Shown here in pieces: positions 29,338-39,747 of a DNA stretch of 64,000 nucleotides. The stretch lies in the IMG/VR virus record IMGVR_UViG_3300024432_002033; one strand, given 5' to 3'. The notes under the pieces were generated by a model. That model was not told where the DNA came from. It saw only the letters and a program-made list of their open reading frames with translations, and did no database searches. The number at the start of each line of letters is the position of its first letter. Positions within the stretch are counted from its first letter, which is position 1. The DNA is from an uncultured virus (IMG/VR IMGVR_UViG_3300024432_002033) (Duplodnaviria > Heunggongvirae > Uroviricota > Caudoviricetes). The translations under genes and the position numbers were made by a program.

Positions 29338-29932
29338 ACTCTAGATTCAGCTTCCGCCCGCGCTGCCCGAATCCGAGAAGGACGTTGCTCCCCTGCACCA
29401 GTATTTCGGCCCGGACACTGGGCTCGACCAAGGTACACCCCAGGCCGCTAGGCGTCGCGAAGGTCTTCTCGATCAGAGGCGACTTGATGATCCCGTGCAA
29501 GCTGTCCGCGAACTCCCTCTGAAACACCTCGACCACCCCCCTCCTCCCACCATCGATACGGCGGGCCTTGATGCCCTCCGCCGCCTTCCTATGTACCTCG
29601 AAGAATTCGACCAGCGTGTTACATGTCCTCGGATCCATCGAGAATTGGCATTGGATGGGGGGCTCGCTGTCCTTAACATAGCACCCCAGGATCCGCTTTA
29701 GGGTCTCCGCAGCTGAACCCGACCCCGCGCCGCGGCCCATCATCATAAAGTCGACGCTCGCCTCGGTGCCGACGAAGAAGTCCTCGACAAACGGGGACTT
29801 CTTGATGGTCATCGTCCTGCCCCTGACGACGCGTTCGACGCTGGTTATCAGCTCGGAGTCCACTTCGTGGGGATAGACGTCGGCGTCAGTTAGGGTGGAT
29901 CCGTCGCGCAGGTGGATCATCCATAGAGGCAT
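29336..29932 (-). CDS. hypothetical protein
   Basis: 198 aa from MPLWMIHLRDG. Confidence 0.6.
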   Translation of the reverse strand: MPLWMIHLRDGSTLTDADVYPHEVDSELITSVERVVRGRTMTIKKSPFVEDFFVGTEASVDFMMMGRGAGSGSAAETLKRILGCYVKDSEPPIQCQFSMDPRTCNTLVEFFEVHRKAAEGIKARRIDGGRRGVVEVFQREFADSLHGIIKSPLIEKTFATPSGLGCTLVEPSVRAEILVQGSNVLLGFGQRGRKLNLE

Positions 29933-29957
29933 GTCGAGAAGAGTAAGTTTTTTCGGC

Positions 29958-30575
29958 CTAATAAAGGGTCGCGCGTGCGCCACATATGCGTGGCCTGTAA
30001 GCGACGCTCGTGCGCGAAACGCTCCCATCCAGATCTCCCAGAAAGACCAGGATATGGTCCGACGGCTCGAGATCCCAGTCAAGGATCTCGGATTGATTAC
30101 GGTTGGAGCGGGGACGCCGCTTCGTGCAGTTCATGTGACTGCGGAGGTAGACCATGTCGAAGATCCGCTGTCTCGTCCATTTCCGAGGTCCATTCCACGA
30201 GGTCATGGCCTTCACCTCCTCGAAGATCTGAAGGGCATATTCCCAGATCAGGAAATCTTGGTATTTTTTAGAATACCATTTTAACGGTGCGAATAGCTCG
30301 GCCAATTTGCGGCATTGCCCCACGCCACGCACGGTTAACAGTAAGGATTGGTTTCGTTTCAATCGGTTTTTTCTTTTGTATCCATCGTCGTTAAGAAGAG
30401 TTTTGACACCGTGTTTTTTGAACAGCTGCCCCATCGTCTCAAGAAGGGACCTATCCCCCTCATGCAGGGAAACAGCAAACCTCGGTCTGAGATACCATCC
30501 AGCCCGATTCCGGGTGATCGCTATGAAGAAACTCCCCTCACCCTCAAGAAAAGCCAGTGCCCACATGAGATCCAT
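29958..30575 (-). CDS. single-motif LAGLIDADG homing endonuclease
   Basis: WALAFLEGEGSF motif, LRPRFAVSL, KKYQDFLIW. Confidence 0.9.
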   Translation of the reverse strand: MDLMWALAFLEGEGSFFIAITRNRAGWYLRPRFAVSLHEGDRSLLETMGQLFKKHGVKTLLNDDGYKRKNRLKRNQSLLLTVRGVGQCRKLAELFAPLKWYSKKYQDFLIWEYALQIFEEVKAMTSWNGPRKWTRQRIFDMVYLRSHMNCTKRRPRSNRNQSEILDWDLEPSDHILVFLGDLDGSVSRTSVAYRPRICGARATLY

Positions 30576-30601
30576 GTTGTATACTTAGCTGGGGGATGCA
30601 T

Positions 30602-30636
30602 AAAAAAACGCTCCGGCCCTGAGCCCACGGCCGGAG
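30602..30636 (-). terminator. hairpin plus U-tract
   Basis: CTCCGGCC/GGCCGGAG stem followed by T7 on the minus strand. Confidence 0.6.
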
Positions 30637-30675
30637 GGAAAGATTCAAGCGATAGCTGGCCCTAGTTGAGGGCAC

Positions 30676-31110
30676 CTATCCTGCGTAGTCGTCGTCGTCC
30701 CCCGTATATTGGTAGCGATGGTGAAGGTAGAAGGTGACGGCTCCTGCTGTTGCGGCTCCGCTTGGCACGATGATGTTGGTGCGGACGTGTACGGATACCT
30801 GTGAGGTTGCAACGGAGCGTCCAGCTACGACGGATCCGATTGATGCTTCGGGTCCTGTGCCGACGCTTCCTATGTGTATTGAGGTGCCTGTGAGTGCTGT
30901 TGAGACCCAGACCCAGCTTTCTTTTCTGGCTTCTGAGGCGTTTGTGCCCTCCTTGAAGGAGATGCTCATGTGGATGGCTTCGGTCATGGTGTTTGAGCGC
31001 TGTGACAAGTAGATATTGTAGGTCTCCGTGGTGGTGCTGGCGCCTACGTCTATGGTTCCGTAGTTGATGGATGTAACGGAGAAGCTGACCTGGGGTGCTG
31101 ATCTGACCAT
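30676..31110 (-). CDS. Ser/Thr-rich beta-sandwich protein, probably structural
   Basis: INYGTIDVG...VPSGAATAG. Confidence 0.6.
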   Translation of the reverse strand: MVRSAPQVSFSVTSINYGTIDVGASTTTETYNIYLSQRSNTMTEAIHMSISFKEGTNASEARKESWVWVSTALTGTSIHIGSVGTGPEASIGSVVAGRSVATSQVSVHVRTNIIVPSGAATAGAVTFYLHHRYQYTGDDDDYAG

Positions 31111-31207
31111 GTGGTGTTGCTCCCGGGCTATTTTTGATATGAGGGGAATATAAGAGTATGGTGGGAAAGGTTTCTATACCGAGTAAAGAAAGGGGGGAGA
31201 GGGGGGT

Positions 31208-32359
31208 TTATTGGGCGGAGACAACGTCGCGGAGGACTTTGACTACTTGTTGTGCCTCGAGATTGATATCGAAATATTTTTCCGCTAGGTTTCGGCATCG
31301 TCGTGCGACTCCCTCGCGGTCGTCGAGGACCTCGCCGTAGACTTCCATGATCCCCTGAGCTAGATCGTCTATGTCAAAGGCCCGGGCGTACCTGTAGGGA
31401 TGGCTTTCCTTGAATTGATCTGTATCCCAGCAGATCGTCGGGCAGCCACAGGCCATGGCTTCCTGGTGGACTCTGGTGACATCGCCATAGAAGCTGGGAC
31501 TCACCAGCACGTCCCCTCGAGCGTAGTAATGCTCGGGGTAGTCGACTATGCCCTTCACCCCTCGTTTGCCAAGGAATTCGTCGAAGCGGAGAGCTTTTAA
31601 CATGTTTGTCCAGAATGCATGTTTCATATTGCAGCCCCAGACATTCATTCGAATATCCGGGTTTTCCTTGTATATTTCGCTCACGGCATAGAAGAGGTGA
31701 AGTGGATGTTTTATGTCGCGCCATATCTCGCCGTAGAGCACGGACGGGTCACCGTCGACGTCCTGTCTGGTGCTTGTTCGCTGCCACCAGTCGAGATCTA
31801 TTCCCTTGTTAACGCGGTGTACTTTCTCGCCGCTGTAATCAAATTGACTCCAAAACCTTCGGGATCTTTCATTTACGACGAAGGTTGCATCGGACTTGGC
31901 GATATATCCGCCCGCCGATGAGAAGCTGGCAAACTTGTCATTTGGGAGCAATTCGCCTTGTATGCAGCTTTCCACGGTGCCGTGTATGAAGAAGGCCCTG
32001 GGTTTGAGCTCTCCTATGTTGCTCAGACGGGTTGAGTGTATCACGTGTATGTCCGCGAATTTCATTGCCCATCCCCAGCCTTGGCTACGAAATTCGGGGT
32101 GCATGGAATCGGCTCGTCCGCCCTCGGCGCTTTGTTTGATCTGTTGTTGTGGTGCGCCCATGCCAGGGGTTTCGCAGAATCCGGCGAGTACTCCTTCGAT
32201 CTTGTTTTCGGCCATGATGAGCTCTCTGGTTGTTTCATACATGCCTGAGAAGTGGGGAGCCCAGTTACACCAGTGTGCAATCCTCAGATCGATTTTCTCA
32301 TCTTTTTTAGAGGGCGGGACACCTCCAGACTCGCCTTTAGCATATCTTCGTTTTGCCAA
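31208..32359 (-). CDS. GT4-like glycosyltransferase
   Basis: NKGIDL; DVLVSPS...EAMACGCP. Confidence 0.85.
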   Translation of the reverse strand: MAKRRYAKGESGGVPPSKKDEKIDLRIAHWCNWAPHFSGMYETTRELIMAENKIEGVLAGFCETPGMGAPQQQIKQSAEGGRADSMHPEFRSQGWGWAMKFADIHVIHSTRLSNIGELKPRAFFIHGTVESCIQGELLPNDKFASFSSAGGYIAKSDATFVVNERSRRFWSQFDYSGEKVHRVNKGIDLDWWQRTSTRQDVDGDPSVLYGEIWRDIKHPLHLFYAVSEIYKENPDIRMNVWGCNMKHAFWTNMLKALRFDEFLGKRGVKGIVDYPEHYYARGDVLVSPSFYGDVTRVHQEAMACGCPTICWDTDQFKESHPYRYARAFDIDDLAQGIMEVYGEVLDDREGVARRCRNLAEKYFDINLEAQQVVKVLRDVVSAQ

Positions 32360-32421
32360 ATCAAGCTACTCCGCCTATATCGGTTACTATGAAGATCTCG
32401 CTGTAATTTGCAGCCATTTAT

Positions 32422-32495
32422 CCTCGATAAGACGGGTTCGGGTTCCAGAACTCCCCTTTTAAATTTTACGCCGGTTTGGTTCGTATCTGCGAACC
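32422..32495 (-). promoter_or_regulatory. promoter repeat A, copy 2
   Basis: GGTTCGCAGATACGAACCAAACCGGCGTAAAATTTAAAAGGGGAGTTC...ATCGAGG. Confidence 0.8.
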
Positions 32496-33530
32496 GCTAA
32501 CCCCTACGCTGGCTTCTATCAGACTTCGGATCTTTTTAGCTGTCTCCAGTTGATCGTACTTCTCCACGTGTTTTCTCATGAGCCGTCTTGAATGTAATTT
32601 CTCATCGTCCGAGAGTCTGCCCCACTGTATCGTCTTATCGACGAGCTCGCCGGGCGATCTGCATAGATTGGCCTGAGGGTAGAGGCGCTCAGCCCCGTAA
32701 AAGTGATTGAGGAAGGGGTAGGCGCCGGAGGCGCAAGCCTCTGCCATGCTGGCCCCGAAGCTCTCGCGTCGACTGAGGCACCAGTAAAGATCCTGGGATT
32801 GGAGGTAATTTGCCCAGTCGTTTTTGCTCAGATTCCCATCGTAATGCCTGAATCGTTTCGAGCTGAAGTTGAGCTCTTCAAGTAGCTCCTGCACGCACAT
32901 TACATATTCCTGCCTCTGTGACCAATTCCAGCCGCCCTCGCCTTGGGCGATAAGTGTGAGGTGCCAAGGGTTTTCTCCGTCCTTCTCGATGAGTTCGCCG
33001 AAGCATTGAAGGGCCGTGTAGATTCCCTTCGTCTGACGGATGACGTTTGAATGCAAGATTATGTTGAATCCAGGTTTCCGTTTCGCGTTAAGCCTGAATC
33101 GATCGAGATCGATTCCCGTGTAACGTTTCAGGGTGATTGGAGGCAGGGGAAGTTTTCTCTGCGGAAATCTTTTGTGATGGATGCGTCTCAATCTCATCAA
33201 CTGTTTTTCCTGTGTGGGTCCGAGAATGAGGGCTGAGATCTTCGTCCAGTTGATGTCTGCGTAATTGAGGATGTCGATGCCAAGCATACGAGCTACTACG
33301 GGTTTGTCGAGCCATTGCAATTTGGTTACCCAGGGCAGAGGATGTTGAATGAAATCGAAATAGGCTATGTCACACCAGTTGAGTAAACCCGTGAGATTCG
33401 CGTAATCTAGGGAATCGTTCTTAGTATAGTTGAAGACCTTGACGGTATGATGCGCCCGTAGCTCCTCGAGGATGCTGCCACAAAAATTCAAATTTAAGGA
33501 GAAGATTCCTATCTTCAATTCGATCTCCAC
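32466..33530 (-). CDS. GT4-like glycosyltransferase
   Basis: TGIDLDRF; ESFGASMAEACASG. Confidence 0.85.
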   Translation of the reverse strand: MEIELKIGIFSLNLNFCGSILEELRAHHTVKVFNYTKNDSLDYANLTGLLNWCDIAYFDFIQHPLPWVTKLQWLDKPVVARMLGIDILNYADINWTKISALILGPTQEKQLMRLRRIHHKRFPQRKLPLPPITLKRYTGIDLDRFRLNAKRKPGFNIILHSNVIRQTKGIYTALQCFGELIEKDGENPWHLTLIAQGEGGWNWSQRQEYVMCVQELLEELNFSSKRFRHYDGNLSKNDWANYLQSQDLYWCLSRRESFGASMAEACASGAYPFLNHFYGAERLYPQANLCRSPGELVDKTIQWGRLSDDEKLHSRRLMRKHVEKYDQLETAKKIRSLIEASVGVSGSQIRTKPA

Positions 33531-33683
33531 CGTATGGTAACTTCAGGCTTCATGGGCCCCATCTTTTCAACGTGTCTATAATAGATGATCTTATAATCCA
33601 ATAAAGCCATTCCTTCCAAGAAAGAAAAGGAGAAATATGGAATAGAGACCGTTAAATATTCACAATCAGAGGTGGATTAGAGG

Positions 33684-34556
33684 ATGGAGCATTCTAGGGA
33701 ACGAGAAGGAGGGTCGCCCGTCTATTCAATTGTAATACCAATTACGCATGGCGAAGGAAAAAGAGCATTGAACCCACGTCTGCGAAACTGCATGAAAAGC
33801 ATAGAGGATCAGACATTACAACCACTTGAGATTATAGTCGCCGATTATGGCTCAACTGAGGAGGGGCACGAGGAAATTATGAAATCCCTCGAGGATTTCG
33901 ATTGCTCGGTCTATTATTATCCTACAACAGATGGGGTATGGAATCTCTCCAAGGCACGCAATATGGGGATCAGGCGCTCGGATGCGCAATGCGAGATCGT
34001 CGCAGCCGTCGATGCGGATATTATCTTAGAGCCGAGGGTAATGGAGGTGCTCTCAGAGGCGCATGCCTCGAGGCCCCGGAGTTACATATCATCCTTCGTC
34101 CGCTTCCTCATGCCGGATGCATGGCCTGGGGGACCAGAGGACCTTGACTTTCCCGAGGGTTTCCTGAAACTTAGGAAAATGAAGTTCTGGGCGTCAGCTG
34201 GTTGGGGGACGCTGACAAGCGCGCCGCGCTCATGGATGTTTAAAGTCAGGGGCTTCGATGAGAGGATGAAATTCTGGGGTGCGGAGGACATCGATTTGTG
34301 GAAGAGGGCGGGTCTGGACGGGATGGATTGTTATCGCATCAACGATTTGGAGAAGGATGGTACGGAGATCTATCACCAGTTTCACGATGACTGTCTCAGC
34401 TGGGATCAGAGTAAGCTCACGAAGGAGGAAGCGGCTCAGATCGCGTGGAATAAAATGATTGCGGCTGGAGATAATACGTTAATGCGTAATAATGATAACT
34501 GGGGGCTCTGGCAGATTCGGAGTAGGGCAGGCGACGATTTCATTCATGGTCCATGA
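33684..34556 (+). CDS. GT2 glycosyltransferase
   Basis: ADYGS, ARNMG, DAD, GFDERMKFWGAED. Confidence 0.9.
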   Translation: MEHSREREGGSPVYSIVIPITHGEGKRALNPRLRNCMKSIEDQTLQPLEIIVADYGSTEEGHEEIMKSLEDFDCSVYYYPTTDGVWNLSKARNMGIRRSDAQCEIVAAVDADIILEPRVMEVLSEAHASRPRSYISSFVRFLMPDAWPGGPEDLDFPEGFLKLRKMKFWASAGWGTLTSAPRSWMFKVRGFDERMKFWGAEDIDLWKRAGLDGMDCYRINDLEKDGTEIYHQFHDDCLSWDQSKLTKEEAAQIAWNKMIAAGDNTLMRNNDNWGLWQIRSRAGDDFIHGP

Positions 34557-34710
34557 AGCCCTACCAGCGAATTTCATTGAATATATTTACTATATAGTCT
34601 AGGTGCTTCTCCTCCAGATATTGGTGATGCACTGGAAAATACGTGTTGTTTTTGGATGATGATGAATATTTAAGTTCAATGACCACTTGTTTTGTTGCGA
34701 GGCGAATACC

Positions 34711-35454
34711 ATGAAAATTGGAGTAACTGGAGCATCAGGTTTCATCGGCAAACACCTATGCACTAAACTTGAAAGCATTGGATATTCAGTTATACGGTTA
34801 ACCCACGAAAAATATGACATTACACAACCTTTCAGTCTCCCAAGTCTTGATGTTATCTTTCATTTAGCCGCGAACAGCAAAGTGTACTTAGCACGGCAAC
34901 AACCATATTTTGATTTTAGAGTCAACGCTCTCGGCACACTTAACCTGTTAGAAGCAATACGCAGAGCAGGTATTCCAAAAATTATTTATGTTTCTAGCAT
35001 TTACGCTGCATCTCATGGTGAACCGTATGGCTTTAGCAAATCCATCGGTGAACGGTACATCCAGTTTTACAGTGAGCTTTTCGGTTTAGAATATGTTATT
35101 TTGAGGGTTCCAAGTCCGTATGGTGTAGGAATGAGAAAAGGGGCACTCTATGATTGTATAACTGGGTTTCTAAGTGGAAAAGTGGAGTTGCACGTAAGCA
35201 TAATGTCAGCATACAATTTTGTTTATATCGACGATGTTGTGGATGCACTAGTAGAATCGTTAGCATTGAGAAATGAAAGCTTCAATCTTACTGGTGAATA
35301 TATTAGGTTGGATAAAGTTTATAATTTGTTGGTGAAAATAATGGGGGGAAAAGTACCGTTGGAAACCATAGAAAATCGTGCAGTTATCTCTCGGGATTTC
35401 GAGAATCATTTAAGGTTTACAATAAAAAATTGGAGAAAACCAAATAAGTCTTAA
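34711..35454 (+). CDS. NAD-dependent epimerase/dehydratase
   Basis: VTGASGFIG, HLAA, YGFSK. Confidence 0.9.
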   Translation: MKIGVTGASGFIGKHLCTKLESIGYSVIRLTHEKYDITQPFSLPSLDVIFHLAANSKVYLARQQPYFDFRVNALGTLNLLEAIRRAGIPKIIYVSSIYAASHGEPYGFSKSIGERYIQFYSELFGLEYVILRVPSPYGVGMRKGALYDCITGFLSGKVELHVSIMSAYNFVYIDDVVDALVESLALRNESFNLTGEYIRLDKVYNLLVKIMGGKVPLETIENRAVISRDFENHLRFTIKNWRKPNKS

Positions 35455-35847
35455 AGTAACACCCAATTGACTTCGACGCGCACGTGCGCACGCTAGCGGA
35501 GACTCTATACGAAAATCCGATATCCCAAAAAATTGAGGGTGATGAAAAATCCGAGCCAATGCGCCGTTGAAAAGAGAACGGAGACGAGAGACGATAGACT
35601 ATTGCGAACACCCGAAAAAGGCGCAGGTTTATTTGAAGAATGGGAGCGTGCACTGTAGTCGATGTGGGAAGACACGCAAACAGGAAACCAAATAATTTAA
35701 GAGTTCTAATTATTCATGAATGACGGGTGAAGGGGCCGCTCCGAAGGCGAGACAGGGATGACCTTGAGCCAGGGGCGAAGCCTTCTTCCCCATCCTGTCT
35801 ATTATCTGTGGACTTGCGCGCTCGAAGCCAGCGCATATGAATTGGCT

Positions 35848-35921
35848 GGTTCGCAGATACGAACCAAACCGGCGTAAGCCTTAAAAGGGGAGTTCTGGAA
35901 CCCGAACCCGTTTTATCGAGG
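35848..35921 (+). promoter_or_regulatory. promoter repeat A, copy 3
   Basis: GGTTCGCAGATACGAACCAAACCGGCGTAAGCCTTAAAAGGGGAGTTC...ATCGAGG. Confidence 0.8.
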
Positions 35922-35926
35922 TAAAA

Positions 35927-36007
35927 ATGGCTGAGGACGAGTCTGGAGAAACTCTGTCTGGGAAGAAATGCCTTGTGACGGGCTCGTCAGGATTTATCGG
36001 CAGTCAT
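35927..36007 (+). pseudogene. N-terminal relic of an SDR epimerase
   Basis: LSGKKCLVTGSSGFIGSH, then unrelated sequence. Confidence 0.75.
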
Positions 36008-36044
36008 AGGATTGTCTTTGCGGTGATGGTCGCGGTAGGTACAG

Positions 36045-37151
36045 GTGAAAACAAAAATGAAGGAATGGTCAAGCCCATTTAACGAATTCAACTCAATGAA
36101 AGCATTATTATGGAATAACCAATGGCAACAAATAGTAAAAGGCAACTTCCCTCCACCTCTCGGCATAGACACTGACCCCTCTAACCTATGCAATTTCAAT
36201 TGTATATGGTGCAACTCCGCAGGGTTCAGAAGACAGTCACCCGAAAAAATGCCTTCTGGACACTTGCTGAAACTTGCAGACTTCTATAAAGAATGGGGAG
36301 TCAAATCCACTTGTATAGCTGGCGGCGGTGAACCTTTGCTAAATCCTGATTTCTCCGCGTTTCTTTATCGGCTAAAAAAGAACGGGATAGAATCGGGAAT
36401 AATAACTAACGGATCATTAATGACTCGGAAACACATGAAGGCGATAGTAACGTGTAGTCGATGGTGCGGTTTTTCTGTGGATGCAGGAACAAAAGAGATT
36501 TATTCAAAGGTGCATGGCTTAAAAGATAACGGAAAAACCTTTGAGAAGGTTCTTCGTAATATCAAGGCGTTAACCAAACTCAAAGCCAAATTAAGTTCCG
36601 ACTTGGAAGTTACATTCAAATATTTATTACATCCGTTAAACGCAGAAACGATTTTAAAAGCTGCAAAAACCGCGCGGTCTATTGGCGTGAATACTTTTCA
36701 TTTAAGACCGGTCTGCACCGATAACTTATATGGTTTAAATCGTGAACCCATAGATTTCACGGATTGCCTAGACATCATAGACAAGCAGATGGAACAAGCC
36801 CTTAAACTAGAAACTGAAACCTTCAAGTTTTACGGTGTACGACACAAATTTAAAAATGACTTCAGCCGCAAAGTAGCTTTCAAAAAATGTTTAGCCACTC
36901 CATTAATGAGTACATTCGGTGCGGATGGTAACGTTCACTTATGCTTTGATCTTCGAGGAAAACCCGACTGGATTCTATGCAGTCATTATCCTGACCCAGC
37001 TGAAGTATTGAAGGTTTGGGGCGGTGAAAGGCATAAGCGGATGATTGCGGAGATTGATCCGAGTAAGTGTCCACGTTGCACTTTTGGTTCATACAATGAG
37101 ATCATCGAAAAAGTTATAGTTGAAGATAGAATGTACAAGAACTTTCCTTGA
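36045..37151 (+). CDS. radical SAM protein with SPASM/Twitch-like C-terminus
   Basis: CNFNCIWC, GGGEP, C...GNVHLC...CPRC. Confidence 0.9.
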   Translation: MKTKMKEWSSPFNEFNSMKALLWNNQWQQIVKGNFPPPLGIDTDPSNLCNFNCIWCNSAGFRRQSPEKMPSGHLLKLADFYKEWGVKSTCIAGGGEPLLNPDFSAFLYRLKKNGIESGIITNGSLMTRKHMKAIVTCSRWCGFSVDAGTKEIYSKVHGLKDNGKTFEKVLRNIKALTKLKAKLSSDLEVTFKYLLHPLNAETILKAAKTARSIGVNTFHLRPVCTDNLYGLNREPIDFTDCLDIIDKQMEQALKLETETFKFYGVRHKFKNDFSRKVAFKKCLATPLMSTFGADGNVHLCFDLRGKPDWILCSHYPDPAEVLKVWGGERHKRMIAEIDPSKCPRCTFGSYNEIIEKVIVEDRMYKNFP

Positions 37152-37459
37152 GGTGAGCTAGTACTCGTCGCATGTTTTACCTCCATTTTCGTATTTAGGG
37201 AAGCATTTTTTGAGCATTGGACAGCGTTCGAAGGAGCAATTCTCTCCTTCACCCAATATGCAGAGAACTATTGTATCCTTCTTGTCTTCATTGTACCTTT
37301 TATTGTTCAGTTACCTTCAACCCTAGTGCAGGTGATATTTGATGTGCAGGTCGCATATTCTTTCCTCCATTCTCGCATTTCATCCTGTAATAAATATTCT
37401 CTCCAGCAGGGATATATTCTCTGGTAGAGCTTTACGTTGTTTCCGCTGTGGTGTATCGC

Positions 37460-37625
37460 TTGGTTGTACCCAAGGCCGTTATGTTGCCTGTGACTCAGGT
37501 ATCTGGAAACTAACGCCGACGTGGGATTGGGCGCCTAGGTTGTATATCTCGTCGGGTTTGAACAGATCTCACATCATCTACGATATCAATGTCGGATAAG
37601 TCGCCGTAGCGGAGGAATAGGCGAG
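37460..37625 (-). pseudogene. gmd: fragment of GDP-mannose 4,6-dehydratase
   Basis: LFLRYGDLSD / KPDEIYNLGAQSHVGVSF / NITALGTT with frameshifts. Confidence 0.75.
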
Positions 37626-37691
37626 CCCGACAAGTTGAGTCGAAAAAGATTTTATCCCTTAGATACTTAAACTCCTTCTGAGTCGGTTGAT

Positions 37692-38795
37692 GTGAAGATT
37701 CTCTACGTAGCTTTAAAATACAACTATGGTCAGCCTTCGCAAGGGTATAGTTATGAACATAATAATTTATATCACGCCTTGGTCCACATGAGCCATGACA
37801 TTCTCTATTTCGACATGATGCTTATGCAGCATGGGCGAGATACGATGAATCAACGATTACTAGAAATTGCTAGAAGGGAGAAGCCGGATCTTATGTTTAC
37901 TGTCCTTCACACGAACGAGCTCGATCAATCGGTGGTAAGAGAGATCTCAGAGGATTCTGACACGGTTACCCTGAACTGGTTTTGTGATGATCATTGGCGC
38001 TTCGATGATTATTCTCGTTATTGGGCTCCTTGCTTCAATTGGGTAATTACTACGGCTCCAAGTGCTTTGCCAAAATATGTCCGTCTCGGATACAGTAGCG
38101 TTATCAAGAGCCAGTGGGCATGCAATCACGTTCTACATCGAAAATTGGATTTGCCGTTAAAGTATGATGTTACATTTGTCGGTCAACCACACGGTAATCG
38201 ACGCGAAATTATCCAGTCGCTCCGTGATGCTGGGATCAATGTCCATGTATGGGGAAATGGCTGGGAATCAGGGTACCTTTCACAGGAGGAAATGATTCGT
38301 GTATTCAACCAGAGCCGTATTAATCTAAGTCTGACGAAGGCCTCAACTGGTAGCCAAGGCTTACAATATGCGCGCGCGCATGAGCATCGCCAGAACCCTG
38401 ATCAATTAAAAGGGCGGAGTTTTGGGATTCCTGGTTGCGGGGGTTTCCAATTATCAGGATCAGTAGAGGACCTGAACGAGTATTACGAAAATGGTAAAGA
38501 AATTGTTTGCTACGAAGACGTTGACGAGCTTCTGGAAAAGATAGATTATTATTTATCCAATGAAAACGAGAGAGCTGCTATCGCACAAGCTGGCTATCAG
38601 CGGACTTTACGCGAGCATACATATGTGCATCGGTTCGCAAATATCTTCAAACGGTTAGGATTACCGTCTAAGCCTCCTCATGAAATCCTTAAGGGAGATG
38701 TGCATTTGGGTCGAACAATGGAGTTTAGTAAGCGCATAATTGGAAAAGAGCGTGAATTGGAGCGGCAAAGGAACGAATATCAATTCATTTATTGA
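37692..38795 (+). CDS. CgeB-like glycosyltransferase
   Basis: WFCDDHW, TFVG, IPGCGGF, EHTYVHR. Confidence 0.85.
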   Translation: MKILYVALKYNYGQPSQGYSYEHNNLYHALVHMSHDILYFDMMLMQHGRDTMNQRLLEIARREKPDLMFTVLHTNELDQSVVREISEDSDTVTLNWFCDDHWRFDDYSRYWAPCFNWVITTAPSALPKYVRLGYSSVIKSQWACNHVLHRKLDLPLKYDVTFVGQPHGNRREIIQSLRDAGINVHVWGNGWESGYLSQEEMIRVFNQSRINLSLTKASTGSQGLQYARAHEHRQNPDQLKGRSFGIPGCGGFQLSGSVEDLNEYYENGKEIVCYEDVDELLEKIDYYLSNENERAAIAQAGYQRTLREHTYVHRFANIFKRLGLPSKPPHEILKGDVHLGRTMEFSKRIIGKERELERQRNEYQFIY

Positions 38796-38807
38796 GGATG
38801 TCGGGGC

Positions 38808-38880
38808 GGTCCCGAAATACGAACCAAACACACGTAAACCTTAAAAAGGGAGTTCGAAAACCTGAACCCGTTTACTGAGG
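38808..38880 (+). promoter_or_regulatory. promoter repeat A, copy 4 (diverged)
   Basis: ATACGAACCAAACACACGTAAACCTTAAAAAGGGAGTTC...GAACCCGTTT. Confidence 0.75.
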
Positions 38881-38883
38881 TAC

Positions 38884-39669
38884 ATGAGGAATATCCTATT
38901 TATCTGCCTCGATAGCGCCCGATACGACACATTCGAGGCCTCCGATGCTGGAAATATGAAGTCTATGGGCGCCCTCAAGAAAGTGCATTCTACAGCGGGC
39001 TGCACTGCCCCGTCCATGGTCGCATACCTCTCCGGTTCTCCTCCGTTTGGGACAGGGCGTAGGGATCTTTTCCGCCGAGGAGCGGAGGGACAATATTCGT
39101 GGGCCCCGAAATTTTTCTCCGAGCTAGGCTGGGCGACGGCCTGGCTCTCCAGCAATCCGAGGATGCTAGCGCTGGATTCGGGTTTATCCGGTGGATTCAG
39201 ACGTCATTTCAAGCATTTCAAATCGATAGGATATCTGAAGAGATTCGTCCGCGACGGTTTCATCGTCCATGTTGATGGCCTTGGGCCGGGACATTTTTCG
39301 GCCACGCCCGAAATCGTAGCCGATGTCGAAGAAATCATGATGATGGAAGAGGGCCGCTCCGTCTTCATGACTATTTTGGCGATGGACACGCATACCCCGT
39401 ATAACTTCGCTGAGGGTTGCTGTGATATCGATCCAGAAGATCCGGATAAGAACTTCAGAAACCAGGTCAGAGCCATTGAGTACTTTGACGGTTTCTTCCC
39501 AATGATAGTAGATCAATTCAGAGGAAGGGGTAAGACGGATGTCATTATCACAGCTGATCATGGAGAATTATTCGGGCCAGGTTATTGGAGTCATGGCTCG
39601 ACTGCACTCCATGTCAAATTTGACGAGAAACTGTATGAGATTCCCTTCATAGTCGGCGAGATTTCGTGA
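38884..39669 (+). CDS. sulfatase/alkaline-phosphatase superfamily enzyme
   Basis: ICLDSARYD, CTAPS, THTPY, TADHGE. Confidence 0.85.
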   Translation: MRNILFICLDSARYDTFEASDAGNMKSMGALKKVHSTAGCTAPSMVAYLSGSPPFGTGRRDLFRRGAEGQYSWAPKFFSELGWATAWLSSNPRMLALDSGLSGGFRRHFKHFKSIGYLKRFVRDGFIVHVDGLGPGHFSATPEIVADVEEIMMMEEGRSVFMTILAMDTHTPYNFAEGCCDIDPEDPDKNFRNQVRAIEYFDGFFPMIVDQFRGRGKTDVIITADHGELFGPGYWSHGSTALHVKFDEKLYEIPFIVGEIS

Positions 39670-39747
39670 TTATGGAGAGCGGTGCAAACATGTATGGCTT
39701 CTGGTAGGCACGGGCCTTCTTTGATATATATATAAAAAAAATGGGGA

